This document shows positions 29,075 to 42,200 of a stretch of DNA of 64,000 bases, one piece after another. The notes beneath the pieces are model-generated. The model worked only from the letters and a program-made list of their open reading frames with translations. It did not search any database and was not told the DNA's origin. How positions within the stretch are numbered: position 1 is the stretch's first letter; each line of letters opens with the position of its first letter. The DNA is taken from contig OZ286463.1 in assembly GCA_965644265.1 (NCBI GenBank), forward strand, positions 94,798,001 to 94,862,000, in the 5' to 3' direction. Position numbers and translations under genes: made by a program. Source of the DNA: Glycera tridactyla (taxonomy: Eukaryota).

Positions 29075-30158
29075 TGTGTGTTTCCCATTCCTTCCCCTAC
29101 TGCTATCAACACAGTGACCGGTCAGTCAGTTCATCCAGTTCTCAGTGCTACAGTTACTAATGCGACTGCACAACCCCCACCAAGTCCTGGCCGAGGGCGT
29201 ACTGTGATGGGGTTGCAGTGCATCAGTGAGTATTGTGAGCGTGAAGAACGCTGCATCGATGACGTTGACTCAAGCACTAATGGTGAAAGCACTGACCCTG
29301 CCGAAATGTTACAGGTACATGACCCCAATGCCAACTTCAAGCAGCACGGAAAAGACACTAACGATAACATGGATCTCGTACACAACTCCAATGACCACTT
29401 GAATGTTCAAAAGAAGCCACTCTCATTGTCTAAATCACTGCCAATACAAGAAAAGAAAGGTAGAGGGAGACAGTCCCCCAATATCACAGAAAGTGTCAGT
29501 GTGACTTGCCCCCTGAGATTTGAGCGCAGTCCTTCTAGTCCTGATGAGACAACAACATCCGCAGAAACTGTTATGCTCAGTCCCTGTCCAGAAGCCACAT
29601 GTCAAGATCTGGAGAGTGCTGATGTTAAGAAAAGGAAGCATCCGAGCTTGCTGCGACGTTGGACCCGTAGTAAAGAGCATCAGCATAGACAGCAGGACTC
29701 CATGTCCCAAACTAGCAGTTCTCAAAATATTAGTAATCTTGACCAGATGACCGTGACCCCCACTGACCCTTCTCATCTGCGAGACTGTCACTCTGAGACG
29801 GACTTGTCACACCTGACCATTGATGTGAATAAGACGGCACCCCCAACGACAGATTCAGGTTCATCAACCCCGTTAGGTGAGGACGAACCTCCAACTCCTT
29901 CCTCAGGGGTACAGTTACGCTCAGGGGGCTTTGTTAGACGGATGAGCCAAAAAATACGGAGCTCAATGCTGATGATGAAAACCAATGAGGATCTTCCAAA
30001 TCGTGAATATCCAGAGGAGAAGTATGCGAGTGGTTCACCAACATCGCGTAAAGCCAAAGAAGCTGAAGTGAAGTTTGAGTTCTTGGATTTGACTTCGAAT
30101 GAGATTGAAGCAAAGGCACAGATGAAAAAGACAAGCTATCAAGGATATCTCTCCATGG
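29075..30158 (+). CDS. STXBP5: Tomosyn large alternative exon A (1084 nt, phase 0 to phase 1), ~361 aa of S/T/P/D-rich low-complexity loop
   Basis: Longest ORF in the window (29051-30169, 372 aa) and CpG-retaining. Phase-0 acceptor gattctgtttcag|TGT at 29074/29075; phase-1 donor ATG G|gtatgt at 30158/30159, with a stop three codons later. The phases fit the flanking conserved exons exactly. The acceptor choice is less certain (phase-1 alternative acag| at 29114). Confidence 0.7.
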
Positions 30159-30749
30159 GTATGTTGTAATAGGTAGTAATTTAATCCTATTGCTGGCTGA
30201 TTTTCTGCAGGGCTTGCTCTCTGTTCCTTGAACATATATATGGCTGTGTGTGATATTGCAACCCATAAAGGGGGTAATTATGTAAATGGGAGAGTTATTT
30301 GAAGGTCTTCAATCAAGATATCAAGGAAGTGGATTCATGCCACAGCCAGATATATGTCAATTAACAGTCAACAATGCTTATGTGACTTTTTGTAGCAGAT
30401 TTTCAGGTGCGTATTTCACTTTCTTCCAATCCTCCACTGACTTCATCAACAACTTACCAGAAACAATCTGCTTCATCTTTAATCACATTTTTTCCTTTCA
30501 GGTTTTTATCTATGCAGTGTGATCTTACCTATCCATTCAGATTATGCTTTTCGAGTCTGTAATTGTTATTTGTATAATTATCATCAATATTTGCTTCATT
30601 TTCATAATGCTGGCGTGGATTCGATATGTTTTCCCCAATGATGAAGCTTTCCTGGATCTGTCTGTCTATGACTCTTTGCACTGGGGTATTTCATGTTGGA
30701 ATCATGTTCTGAATAATCAAACAGTCTCTGTTTTCTTCTTCCATTGTAG

Positions 30750-30885
30750 ATAAATGGTGTGTGTCTAAGTCCTACTAATACAAAACAAAAGAGAGCACAC
30801 CCACCTGATTTGAAACGGCAAAAATCGCAAGGTACCCGTAAAATAGTGAAAGCGCAAAGCAGTATTTCCCTGGAGGAGGCTAACG
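30750..30885 (+). CDS. STXBP5: Tomosyn alternative exon B (phase 0 to phase 1): INGVCLSPTNTKQKRAHPPDLKRQKSQGTRKIVKAQSSISLEEAN; 3' end uncertain
   Basis: Strong acceptor ttttcttcttccattgtag|ATA at 30749/30750. The peptide resembles the STXBP5L loop as recalled (VNGHCTSPTS...RKAQSAACMEIS). Phase-1 GT donors are possible after 30831, 30861, 30885 or 30894. Confidence 0.75.
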
Positions 30886-33526
30886 GTGGAGGAGGTGCTA
30901 TTTTTGTTTCTACAGCTACACCGGCATGTGTATCCCAGTCTGAAATAGTTCTGCAATCTGCTGCTCCCCCAACACGCTGCACATTATAGTCATCCATTGT
31001 CAATTAAAAAGTCAGAACCTTCATCAGAAGAAGTGTTGAATTCAGGACATTTTGAATGGCAATTGGTGATATGTGTCTTGCATACTGTGCACATATAGTG
31101 ACTAAATCAAAGCATCCAAGTTTGGTGATGCATTTCACTCAACATATTTATGTTCATACACATTATATCTGTTGTTGCCGCCAGCTCATCTCACTGTTTG
31201 AGGATTCTGTTGATTAGGCTAGTCTCATGAAACTAACATTTTTATCTAGTCTTCTCATTCAACTTGAATATCTATTCTACTTTTTGACTTTGAATATCTT
31301 TCAGTTTTAAATAGATTAGTACCTATGCTATTAGTCTCGCTACAAGCGTCCAGTTCTCTCAGTTGCCTCCTTCACAGTGTCCTTTTTTGGCAACTACCAT
31401 CATCTGCTTTTAAACAACCCTTCCATGGCGGACTGAATTCTTTATTAAATCCTTTACTAAAGAAAAGAAATGGGACCCCAGAGGGTCATATTGCATGCTG
31501 ATGTGGCTGCAATGCAATGGCCCAGTGGTAGGTGGACTAGAATTGCTTCAATGTAACAGAGTGAAATTTTTCAAATTTCTGTCCACCCTGAAAAGAGTTA
31601 GATTGCCAAATACAGATGTTTTCACAATATTTGATGCACCTTGCATCATCAGTCAGATTCTAGTGTAGTCGAAGGTAGTCAATCATTGTTCTGGTGTGAC
31701 ATAGTCCTACCTGGTTACTAATGTGACCATTGGCTATTTGTTATGTTCAATTTTACTAATCGCATTCAAATTATTGACTGTTGATGCATTTCAACGTTTT
31801 TACTAATAAAGCATGTCTGTTTATTCATTGTAGCACACAGCAAACCAATATATGTGTTGTAGTTGTGCAGAATTTGACCACAATTTGGAATCAAGAGTAA
31901 AATCCTATTTGCTATAGTCCCCGGTAAAAGCAGTTTTGTTTTGGCTGATAAGGGTGTGGTATATCATCGTGTATATGAGTGTATGTGTGTGGGGTTGTTG
32001 GGTGATTGTGTGCCTGTGTATACCTGCATGGCTGGGTTTGTGTGGGTGTGTGTGTGTTCAGAATGCTTCTGCTAGATTAAAACTGTGTGTAGTACAAGTA
32101 TAAATGAAGATTTCAATTTTTTAATTGGAAAGGCATGTGTTTGTGGACAGAAGAAGTTATAAAGCATATTGTTCTTGTTTTTCATGCAAGGTTTACTTGA
32201 TTGACACTTGGATTGGAGCCAGTTACATTCTGCTGTCAATCGTTTCAGAGGTTCACTACTACTCCTACATATCATTTGATGTTCAGATTCTTATCACATG
32301 CACTGTTTGCATTTACTTGTGGCTGAACATTCCTTCTGTCAGTGGTCTGCCAGGTGGTAAGTCCATCATGGTCAAACTAGCAGACACACACTTTACTCTG
32401 TCGTTGGTAATCAGTGGCAGTCCGGAATGAAACCCATATATGCCATGCCTGTATCTAGCCTATCATTGATGAAGAGTAACAGTTGAAATAGTCCAAATAA
32501 CAATAATCAAATACAGATACAGTAACCATGATGGGTATCATAGAACTTCCTGGATATCACATCTGGCTAGCTTATTCATTCACAATCACAATCAAAATCT
32601 GTTGTGCTCGTAATGATGCATCAACAAATAGAATCATGTATGAAGGTGACCAGACTCATTCTGTTTTTCCATGACACTAGCCACATTTGGAATTCCTTCT
32701 GAGATTTTTTCGCCAATTGCAAATGTAATTCATGCAATCTTCATTCTGTTGCTGGTCATTCAAACCATGCATGCAATTCTTCGGTTCGTTATTCCCAATG
32801 TGCATGAAATGGCACAAATCCCATCCACATTGCCTTTATTTGGATTAGCTTGTGTTTTGAACATTTTATTTTCTGCTTATTCCAGTTTGCTTACTGTTTA
32901 TTTGTTGGCCCTGCTTCCAGAAGCTGGTTTCCCCTCTGATCTTGTCAAGAGGGACGTTCATATTTGCTTTCGTTGTTTTTATAGGACCAGGCCTTTTTAT
33001 TCATGCCCTCCCCAGCCAGTAGTACTTTGTACATCTGGAGGTAACAGTCAGTATGTTTGTTGTGTGGACAGTCAATTGAATTGCTTCTCTGTGAGTGCTA
33101 TAGCTTAAAGAAATGAATCTCATCTGTTCAAACATTGATGATTGAATTGCATTTATTATTGATCAGAGGAGCGATGATGTAGGTTTTTTTCACATGATGG
33201 TCACATGATCGTAAGATTTGGCTGAAAAAACTAAATGAAAACAGATATTTGAACTTGAAGATCAGGTTGTTGATAGTGGAAGGAGGATTTGTACTTAGAT
33301 TCATGAATGTGGATGTGCAGAAATTGATTCTTTCAATGTTCATGCACATTCATCTTCCTATTTAGGATTGCAGGTTTGAATGAAGGTCAAGGTCAGCATT
33401 CAAAATTACTGGATCCGCATCATCATTACTATCAAAATTTGGAGATTAGTTTGAATATCTCACAGAATTTGTCTTTTCCCACTATTATCTCCTCCTTTCG
33501 AGAATATTTTCCTGGATTCAATCTTT

Positions 33527-33527
<1 letters not shown>

Positions 33528-33592
<65 letters not shown>

Positions 33593-33601
33593 GTGTGTGT
33601 G
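33528..33601. repeat. (GT)n microsatellite
   Basis: Directly visible. Confidence 0.98.
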
Positions 33602-35620
33602 TTGAAATAGTATTTGGTGATAGGTCATCACTGTTTTGCTGTAACATCAACAACACACTGGATATCTCAACAATCTGTTTTCAAAGTGCAGTTCATCCAG
33701 ATCTCTGATTTGGGGTTGGGGGGTTGGGCGTTGACATGAACCCAGGCTAGACTGGCAAAGTACATGGAAGAAATCCCATATATTTGGGGGTTGACATACT
33801 GGAGAAATTTGTGTGCATTCCTGATGGGAGTTTCTTGATATTGTACTATATTCAAAAAGTGATCTGTCCCAGACTCTCACTTTTGTCCAACATTTTTCTT
33901 CAACTGCCGATAATAGTACCTGGTTTTGTTGACCTCCCATGAGGTAGGCAGTGAAAAATGACAAGTGGAAAAAGTGGGTGCTCTGCACCGGTAATTATTG
34001 GCGATACAGCACATACATGTGGGAGTTTGATTTCCATGTTCGCTGCTGCTGGTGTTTTCTGTGATATCATCATCAGCTACCGTGCTGCATGTCTTGTCTG
34101 TGTAACATTCGGTATCTCTTCTGTTGTCTCCATTCTGTGACAGTATCTTGTCATGAATTCCTCGGTCCTGATTGCTGTCTAATTTATTCCTTGTGGATTT
34201 TGTATCCTGAAAATTCAGTAGTCAAATTTGGCATTGTCTAGAACACTTTGCTGCTAGGTTGCATAGTCCCTGAAAATTATGAAGATTGAGTATTCTGGTG
34301 GCATGGATGAACTTGCATTGGTCCTGATCATAAGTCGAGTAAATTATCATATTAATGAAGGATAGCATCTCATCTCAAGTTGAGATCTGTTGAGCCAGAA
34401 TTCGTAAGGAGAGATGGTGCTAGTCAATGAGTATGCTGACATCCAAGATACGCACCTCAATTTAGCCCTCGAATGGGGGCCATTTGTAAATGTTTTTATG
34501 ATTGTTCATTACCATGGTAAGTGAAAACTGGTGCCGTCATGTGTATCATATGGATTTTAGGTCATTTTGAAAAAGTCAGCACCCATGAGTTCACAATTTG
34601 GAATTTCATGAATATTTCTATTTGTTGTGACTGCTCTCAATATGCAATGATGTATTCATTATTTTCCGTGATGTTTCCCTTCAGCTGGTAATTTCCAATG
34701 CTGGAGAAAACCACCTATTCAAAACAATGTCTATTGATGACTGATCAGCCATGCGGCTTCTCAAACAGTCATTTCAAGTGCCCGTAATTTTCATATCGTG
34801 TCAGAGAATGGGAAAATAAACAACCATCCATCCAAGCCAATACAAGATGCTAAAATCTGGTTAGATTTTTTGGCATGTACAGAGTTTGCTGGGTACTCAC
34901 AATAATGTAATGAGATTTTTCCAGATCTTTTTGTGACAGTGTCTTCTGGTGTTATCTTGAACTATCAGCTCACTGTGGAGTTGCTTTTTCTTTCTGATGG
35001 GGACTGTGGTGTCCCCTCAGTAGTTGACATTTATATCAATTATTTTGCTTCCCCTCTGACTAAGAATGTCAACTTCCAAAAGCATTTGTGAGTGCGTTAA
35101 AATTTTCATGATATGCATGAACATTATCCTTGTCTACCATCATTATGACTTTCCTTTGCATATTCTGTTGTCCGCTATCCAGTATGGTATCAGTTGTTGT
35201 ACTGGTGTGATTGGTGACTGAATGCTGTGTATAAATGAATGTTTATGAGGTTTGATGCCAACAAAACAGCAATGGGAGGGGGCTACCGTTTTACAGATGA
35301 GATGATTTCATATTAGGTATCAGCATTTTGAATCCAGGAGGTACAAATTTACTCAAGGTTTACTTTGTCTCCTTAGGAATCAATAGTTTAGTAGAGCACA
35401 AGGCACCATTGGCAATCACTCCAGTCAAATTCAGCATTTGGGATGTAAATATTCAACTCTCATTATTGAAAATATCAGTGTGATAGTTGACAACACTAAG
35501 CACATTTAGCTTGCGTGCCTAGCAGATTGTAGTCATTCTCATGTTGAGAATTATTTCCATGCATTTATATTACACCAGTTTTGACTCTGATTATAGGTTT
35601 ATTGCTACTCATGTCTGCAG

Positions 35621-36240
35621 AAAACAAGAGCCTTTTGACTACATTGTAGTTTGAACATGTTCAGTTGTGGCCAGTTTGAAAAGAAAATAGTAGGAAATGA
35701 AGGTGTCTTCTGATATATGGTGGTAATCAGAAACATTGGAAGCACACATGAGCTGCATATCTGGATGACTTTGTTATATGGAGAACAGTCATAAGAGAAT
35801 ATATTCATCCTCATATTGAGAGATGTTTTATTGTGTCCATATCAAGATGAATTGACCTCGAATGCTGTTGGCAACTCAGTGTTCAGATGCAAATATCTGT
35901 TACAATTCATTAAAAGAAATACAAGCTTTCTGACTACATTGTAGCTACACCTATGATTGAAATATGTATTGGGGCCTGGCCAATTCACCGAGAATATTGT
36001 AGTAAATAGAGGTGTCCTCTGTTCTATAGATTTAGTAATCAGAAACATTGGAAGCACACATGAGCTGCTTATCTGGATGACTTTGTTATATACAGGCTTA
36101 AAAAAATAGAGTTGACTTGATCAGTCATAGGAAAATATAGTCATTCTCATATTGAGAAGTGTTTTATTGTCACTATATCACAATGACCTGACGTCAAATG
36201 CTGTTGGCAATTCTAGTGATCAGATTCAAAAATCTGTGGC
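35621..36240. repeat. Diverged tandem duplication, 2 x ~300-325 bp, with partial flanking copies
   Basis: Shared blocks such as GTAATCAGAAACATTGGAAGCACACATGAGCTGC-TATCTGGATGACTTTGTTATAT near 35724 and 36035, and TGACTACATTGTAG near 35636 and 35931. Confidence 0.85.
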
Positions 36241-39200
36241 CGTAGTAACCAGCTGCATATCAGGATGACATTTTTATGTAGGCTCCATAAAGATGTTTTC
36301 AAAATCAGGGATGTCCTGAGCCATCTGCATAGCCCCATGCTACACCTATACTAAATGATGCAGCATTCTGAGTAGAAATCATCGAGTCGTTTTAGTTTCC
36401 TTCCATGTTTTTTTCATTCGGATTGAAATGTGTTGATGAGGCAGTGTTAAAGCAGAATCCTCAAATAGGGTCGATGCAGATTATGATGAGATGTTGTGTT
36501 AAAACAGATTGCGGTAAGATGATCGAAGGTTCATCTGCATCGCAGTTAATATGTATCTAAATAGGAGCCTTGTTGAGACATCTCAGATCATGCTACTTAC
36601 CACTCAAAATGTGAGCATATAGCATTTCAGAAATAATGTAAAATCGTCCAGATCAACTGTTAGATGTAAGATACTTACGAAGATAGGGTACTCTAGCATG
36701 TATTTGCTTTCAGGCTGGTCCCAGCATTGGAATGGTATTAACCTGATTGCGAAATATTGCTAGTATTACGTCAAGAATAATCTTGATATATGAAGATAAC
36801 AAATTCACTGTATGGAAGATGCATATTTATGGGATTCTATTGGTTTTGCATCATGCCATGACAAAGACATAGTTGTCTAAACTGACTACAGTATACTGAA
36901 ATTTTGAATGACAGTATCTGTCCATTTCGCGTTTAATGCCTGTGTTTTGTATGCACTGTGGTATGTATAGTTTTGGCGTAATAAAATAAGTTTTGGGGAA
37001 AATGAACAGACTATTAGAATTTTGACAGGATGTCTGAATTAATGATGCAAGGCATACTGGGTACATGATGTGCAGCGTGGGAGCAGTCCTCTCACCTCCG
37101 AGCAGCTCGCTCCCCCATTTTACCCGATTCCAATCCTAAGAATCATCCCCTTCTAAATTTTTCCTTCAGATTACCTCTACCAATTTGTTGTGCACCTGTG
37201 CTCCCACAAACTTCCTCCAAACCAGCCTAGAGTATGCATATCAATCAAAATATATCGAATTTTCCAAAATAAAAATTGTATACAAACAGTTGAGTAACTT
37301 TTCAAAATCTTGAAGTTTATTAGCAAAGTCATTTTAGTCATTTTTGAAATTGTGTGCCCATAAAGACAAAAAGTAAGTAGGCATATATTATGCATCTCAT
37401 GAGCTTTTTTTCCACTTTTTGGAGCATTGAAAAGTGTTTTTCTCTAGAATTGTTGTGGAATGTTGATGTATGTTCATAATTTCTCCTCAAATGATTGGGA
37501 TACACAGCTGTACCGTGGTTGTTGTATTTTATATATGTTGTCTTCATAGCTATGTATATCTGTTCCTTTACATGGCATTCAGTTCAAGTCTGCCACCTGA
37601 TCCTCCAGTATGATCAGGGAGATTGTTTGGAGTTCATACTTATGCCTCCTCTGTTCTTGCTTCAACCCTCTTGGTTGGCTACTTTTCCATCTTTCATTGA
37701 TGTTCTGGATCTCCAATTTTGTGAAAGCAAATGCTTAGTGACATTCATTTGATGGTTTCCTTTTGGGACACTCTATTGTTTATATCATGGTATGGATGAC
37801 CGGAGTGCCCATAGTTATCATCAACAGCTATTTGATATGTTCACAAAGTTGATTATCCAAATCTTTTTAATTTTTGGCAGCTCTTATGCATACATTTCAG
37901 AATAAGCTAAGCTGACTATTCAACCATTTTTTCCTCGCCATTGGCTTTTGCATTGACAAAGCAACTAAAATGGTATTTGATAGATTCATTTATCAGACTT
38001 CAGTACTGGATACATTTTCCAATTGTGTGTTGGAAATTGGATTTATTCAGCATTATCATTCTGGATTTGCTCACTCTTACTAATCAGTCAACCAGCTTTG
38101 AACTGCACTCTACATAACCAAAGCTGCTAGATGAACGCTGTCAAAAATATAAGCAATTAGTCCATGAAACCAATAATAATCAGAATTGCATAGTTCTACC
38201 TTTTTGACTATCATGTTCTAGTTGGTGTTGCCAGTTACAGCAGCTTTTGCACTGTCTTTTGAGGCAAATTACCATTTCATAAGTTGGCAGCTGAGTATGG
38301 TATGACAGCCAGCATCAAGGAGTAAATCCTGTTGAATTAGCTCATTGATTGTGAGTAAAATATGTGTTAGTCATCACTGATAGCATTTCTACTGCTACAC
38401 TTGGTCAGCCACCAAACCATTTGTGTGCGCTCCCTATTAACTGGAGTTTGAAAAAGAAAAGAAAAAAATTAGAATGAAAATAAACTGAAATGAAAAAATT
38501 ATATCTGTCACATATGACCCTTCATAGTTTGGATTTACAAATCATTTACCTCAGATACATGTTTGTTTGTTCCAAGCTGGAGGTGACTAAAAATCAGTCT
38601 ATCTATGTACTTCATACATACTAAGCCTCAATAAACAACCATACAACTCTCCTTGAGCAATGTAGGTTAGTCTTATGTAGAAACGATATATCATGTGTTG
38701 CCATGGTAAATGTTTCTTATCCTTACATTTTGCAAAAAGGACATTCAATCAACTTCAGTCATGGCGGCCAGTTGTCATTTGGATATTCCCTCTTTTGGAA
38801 TTGAAGTTAGAAATATTTTGAAAGAGTGATCACTGAGTAGTGTGTTGACAAGACAGAAATCAGTCTCGTCAGTAATGATTGATTGCAAAAGTACACAAGC
38901 CACATATGAGGCATGTTTCGACTGTACATTTTGTGCTCCATTGTGATCAAAATGAGCTTTTGGGAAATCTCTATGATCAGATATACATCTCAATTATTGA
39001 ATACTGTGTGCAGATTTTAGTCAGCTGAGTATGATTCTGTCTCAACTCTATATATTATTTTATTTCATATCGCCTTTCTTTCAGGTATTCTATTCTCTCC
39101 TTTTGCCTTTCATGTATATCATCTCAACCATCTTCACTTATAGTCTGCTTCATTATATGTACATTGATTTTGAGTTTCTCCAGTTCGCAGTGCTCAGTTT

Positions 39201-42200
39201 GAATATTTATCGCAGTTTTCAGTTGTATTAATTTGCGCCATCACCACCACCGTCCACCACCACCAACCTTCTCCAGTCGAATGATTTGTCACAATTTATG
39301 GTACTTTTTCCCTGGAATCCATACAGCATGCTCATTCCCCTTAGTAGCAGGAATCAAAGAATTTGAAGTCTGCGTTGAAGTGATAGTATGGTCCATGCTA
39401 TTGGCCAGCTTGAATGAAGTGTTGTGAGCTTCCTGGAATAGATTATTACTTATCATTCTATTATTTGGCATTGGTATTGCTACTAGGTCCAAAGTAGTCT
39501 TTGGGTATCTGTGTGATAATATAGCCGAAGGAATGAGCAGTATTAATAAATATTTAGCCGAGTACGCCCGAATTAGTGTTTCCGTCATTACGTGCTCTTC
39601 GGTTATGACATCAAGCGTATGTAGCTCTTTCTACCTTGCCCTCCTTTCTCAACCTTGTTGTATGTAGAGACTATGTCATTGCCGATTGGTACACAGCATT
39701 CGTTTGACTTTTGGCTGCTCTTGACATATTGGAGTGATGTGCCTGAAAGAAAGATATATTTGTGAGAGGGCAGTCAGAAGTTGTCACCTTCACAAAGAAA
39801 CCTCCAAGTTTAGATGCACTATGCTGTCTTGAAGTGGAAGAATAATCAAAACAAAAATTTTAAATTCTTATATGAAATTCAAAAAGGAGTGGGAATATCC
39901 ATGTTTGAAATCCAAATAAAAAGCACCTGCAGCAAACTCAAGCTCTTGAAATCAAAATCTCATGTCCTTTATTAATTGAAACAGTGTTCATTCCATACTT
40001 TGGATTGCTCCGTAAGGAGCTATTTTCTAGTGATAATCAGCAATTCCTCCTTGCTCCTCATTATAAATTTATTACCAGTTTTGGAAGTTCAGGAAATGTA
40101 TCTGATCTAATTATATAACAAATGCTGAAACCCTGGAGGTCAAATGAGCAAGAAGCTCAGAATTACCTTGGGTCCCACTCAGAATTTATTATCTAGTGGT
40201 GAGAGAGCCCCAGTGAATCAACCTAAGTGTACAGTTTATGTGCTGATTCATTGTGAAAGAAGGTGCTGTGTACTGATAGACAATGATAGACAACTTTAAG
40301 GAGAATGCACTAATCACATGGCATTTTCCTTCCTACTCATCAGATGTAACCTTAACCCCACCTCACCCGCGTAACCCACCCTTCTAATAACTAATACACC
40401 CCATTCTCTTCTCACCACTCATTTTCAGTTTTACATGTGTGTGACAACCTCTTAGAAGGAGCAGTTAAAAATGGGTGCTTCAACCGGAGCTCGTTTTATC
40501 AATGCAATGTTTCTATTCCTCCCTTCACTTTGGGTAGCTGGAGCAGGAAGGAATACAGGGATAAACAAAACTGAATGCATCCCCAAAAATGTGTCAAGAA
40601 GGGTCACAGATTTAGGAATTGACACGCCCAAATATTTCAACTTCTAAAATCAAGAGTGACCCTCTTAACATGAAATGGGAGTGACAGACTCAAAGTTTGC
40701 AGCTTATTATGAATGATCCCATTTGGGTATAAGAACCACCTGTACATTGCAATAAACAGCCACAAAAACAATATTTCTATAAATTCGATAATCTGAACAT
40801 GATATGACTTATTTATTGCAAAATGCTTTCTAAATACACCACCTGATTAAGGTGATCAGTTGAAAGAATCACATTTTGTGAAGGTCCACTTTGTTAATTG
40901 TAATGACTATGTCTGGAAGTCGGTACATACTCAAGGTTTACTGGAAATTCAGACCATGTATATGTATTCATACATTTCAGAAATGCTTTGCAGTACTCTT
41001 GTGAAGGATCAGAGCCATTTGAATAGAATAGACATGGGATTCTGTGTGAAATCACACAAAATGATTTGTATTTTCATTCCCCTTTGATCTGCGTTATAGG
41101 GTCATTCATTCTTCATCACTCACAGTCCGATTCATCTTTGTCAAGATATATTCACTATGAGAGTGATGATTTTGAACTCTGTATAAAATTGATCATATTT
41201 GCAGCACTTAGTGCACTTGAATGGTCACTTGCTTCGAAATCTAGATAGATTCACTCTCTGGACAAGAGCTGCTTTGAGAAAAGAAAATTATGTTTGATTA
41301 TGCCTTTTCACCATAGCTGTTGTTCACACTGTAGATAAGGTTGGCCGTATTCAGTTTGAAAATGGCGTGATGAAATCTGACGTACCACCTCTCTGTGTTG
41401 CATCTTTCTTGCCCACCTATACTACTGTCATGCTCTTACATATGTATTACTAGTATGATGCATGCCTACATTAAGTTGAATGACATTAAGATTTGAGTAA
41501 CATAACAAATGATATATCTCATAAATGCATGCTTGATGTTACTTCGCATGTATTTATACATTAAAGTTTGTGAATTCATAATTGGTTGAATTTTTCAAAC
41601 TAGAAAATTATTAGGGTAGTTATGGACCAAGCTAATTGTTGTATCAGTGTCAAATGAAGTTCAATTAGATTACTATATATTTACTTTAAAATGTGGTATG
41701 TCTTATGCTCCATGGTGTATAAACACCGATAGGGCATTGTGTTTCTGAATCGATCCCAGTTTTGCCTGGGTGGGGGTTTATGGGCGATAACTCAAAAAGT
41801 TTCAGGGCTAGCCATCTCATACTCGGTGTTCACACTCTCCCAATTTACGTCATGACATGAATATCTTGATGAAAATTCTGCTCTCATCGGGATCAGAAAG
41901 TGGTTGATCCTCGGACAGGATTTCACTTATTATCATCACATGATTGAATTCTTAGTCAGCTAGTATATCGAAGAGGAGAACTCACTTTATTGATGATTAT
42001 CATGAAGTTGCATGCATTGTTTATAGTATTATATTCCCCTACCCACTCATCCCGCTATCATTTTTGTGCTTAGGCCCCAATAAAGGAGATGTTCCCTGGT
42101 GGAGGTGTTCTATTCTTCAGCCAATATGTTTTTCCATGAATAAGAAACAAAATAAGTACAAAATATTTCAACTGTCCAATTTTGTGGTGACAATATGTTT

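Noticed and set aside
29051-30169. 372-aa ORF as a stand-alone nested gene
   Set aside because: It starts at a GTG in intron-like sequence and is bounded by splice sites whose phases match the host tomosyn exons. It is better explained as an exon.
32671-33108. 145-aa hydrophobic ORF as a membrane protein
   Set aside because: The hydrophobicity is what T-rich intron sequence produces. No family motif, CpG retention or convincing splice sites.
33951-33990. Short candidate exon (KNDKWKKWVLCT, donor CCG|gtaatt)
   Set aside because: The acceptor has no pyrimidine tract and there is no other support.
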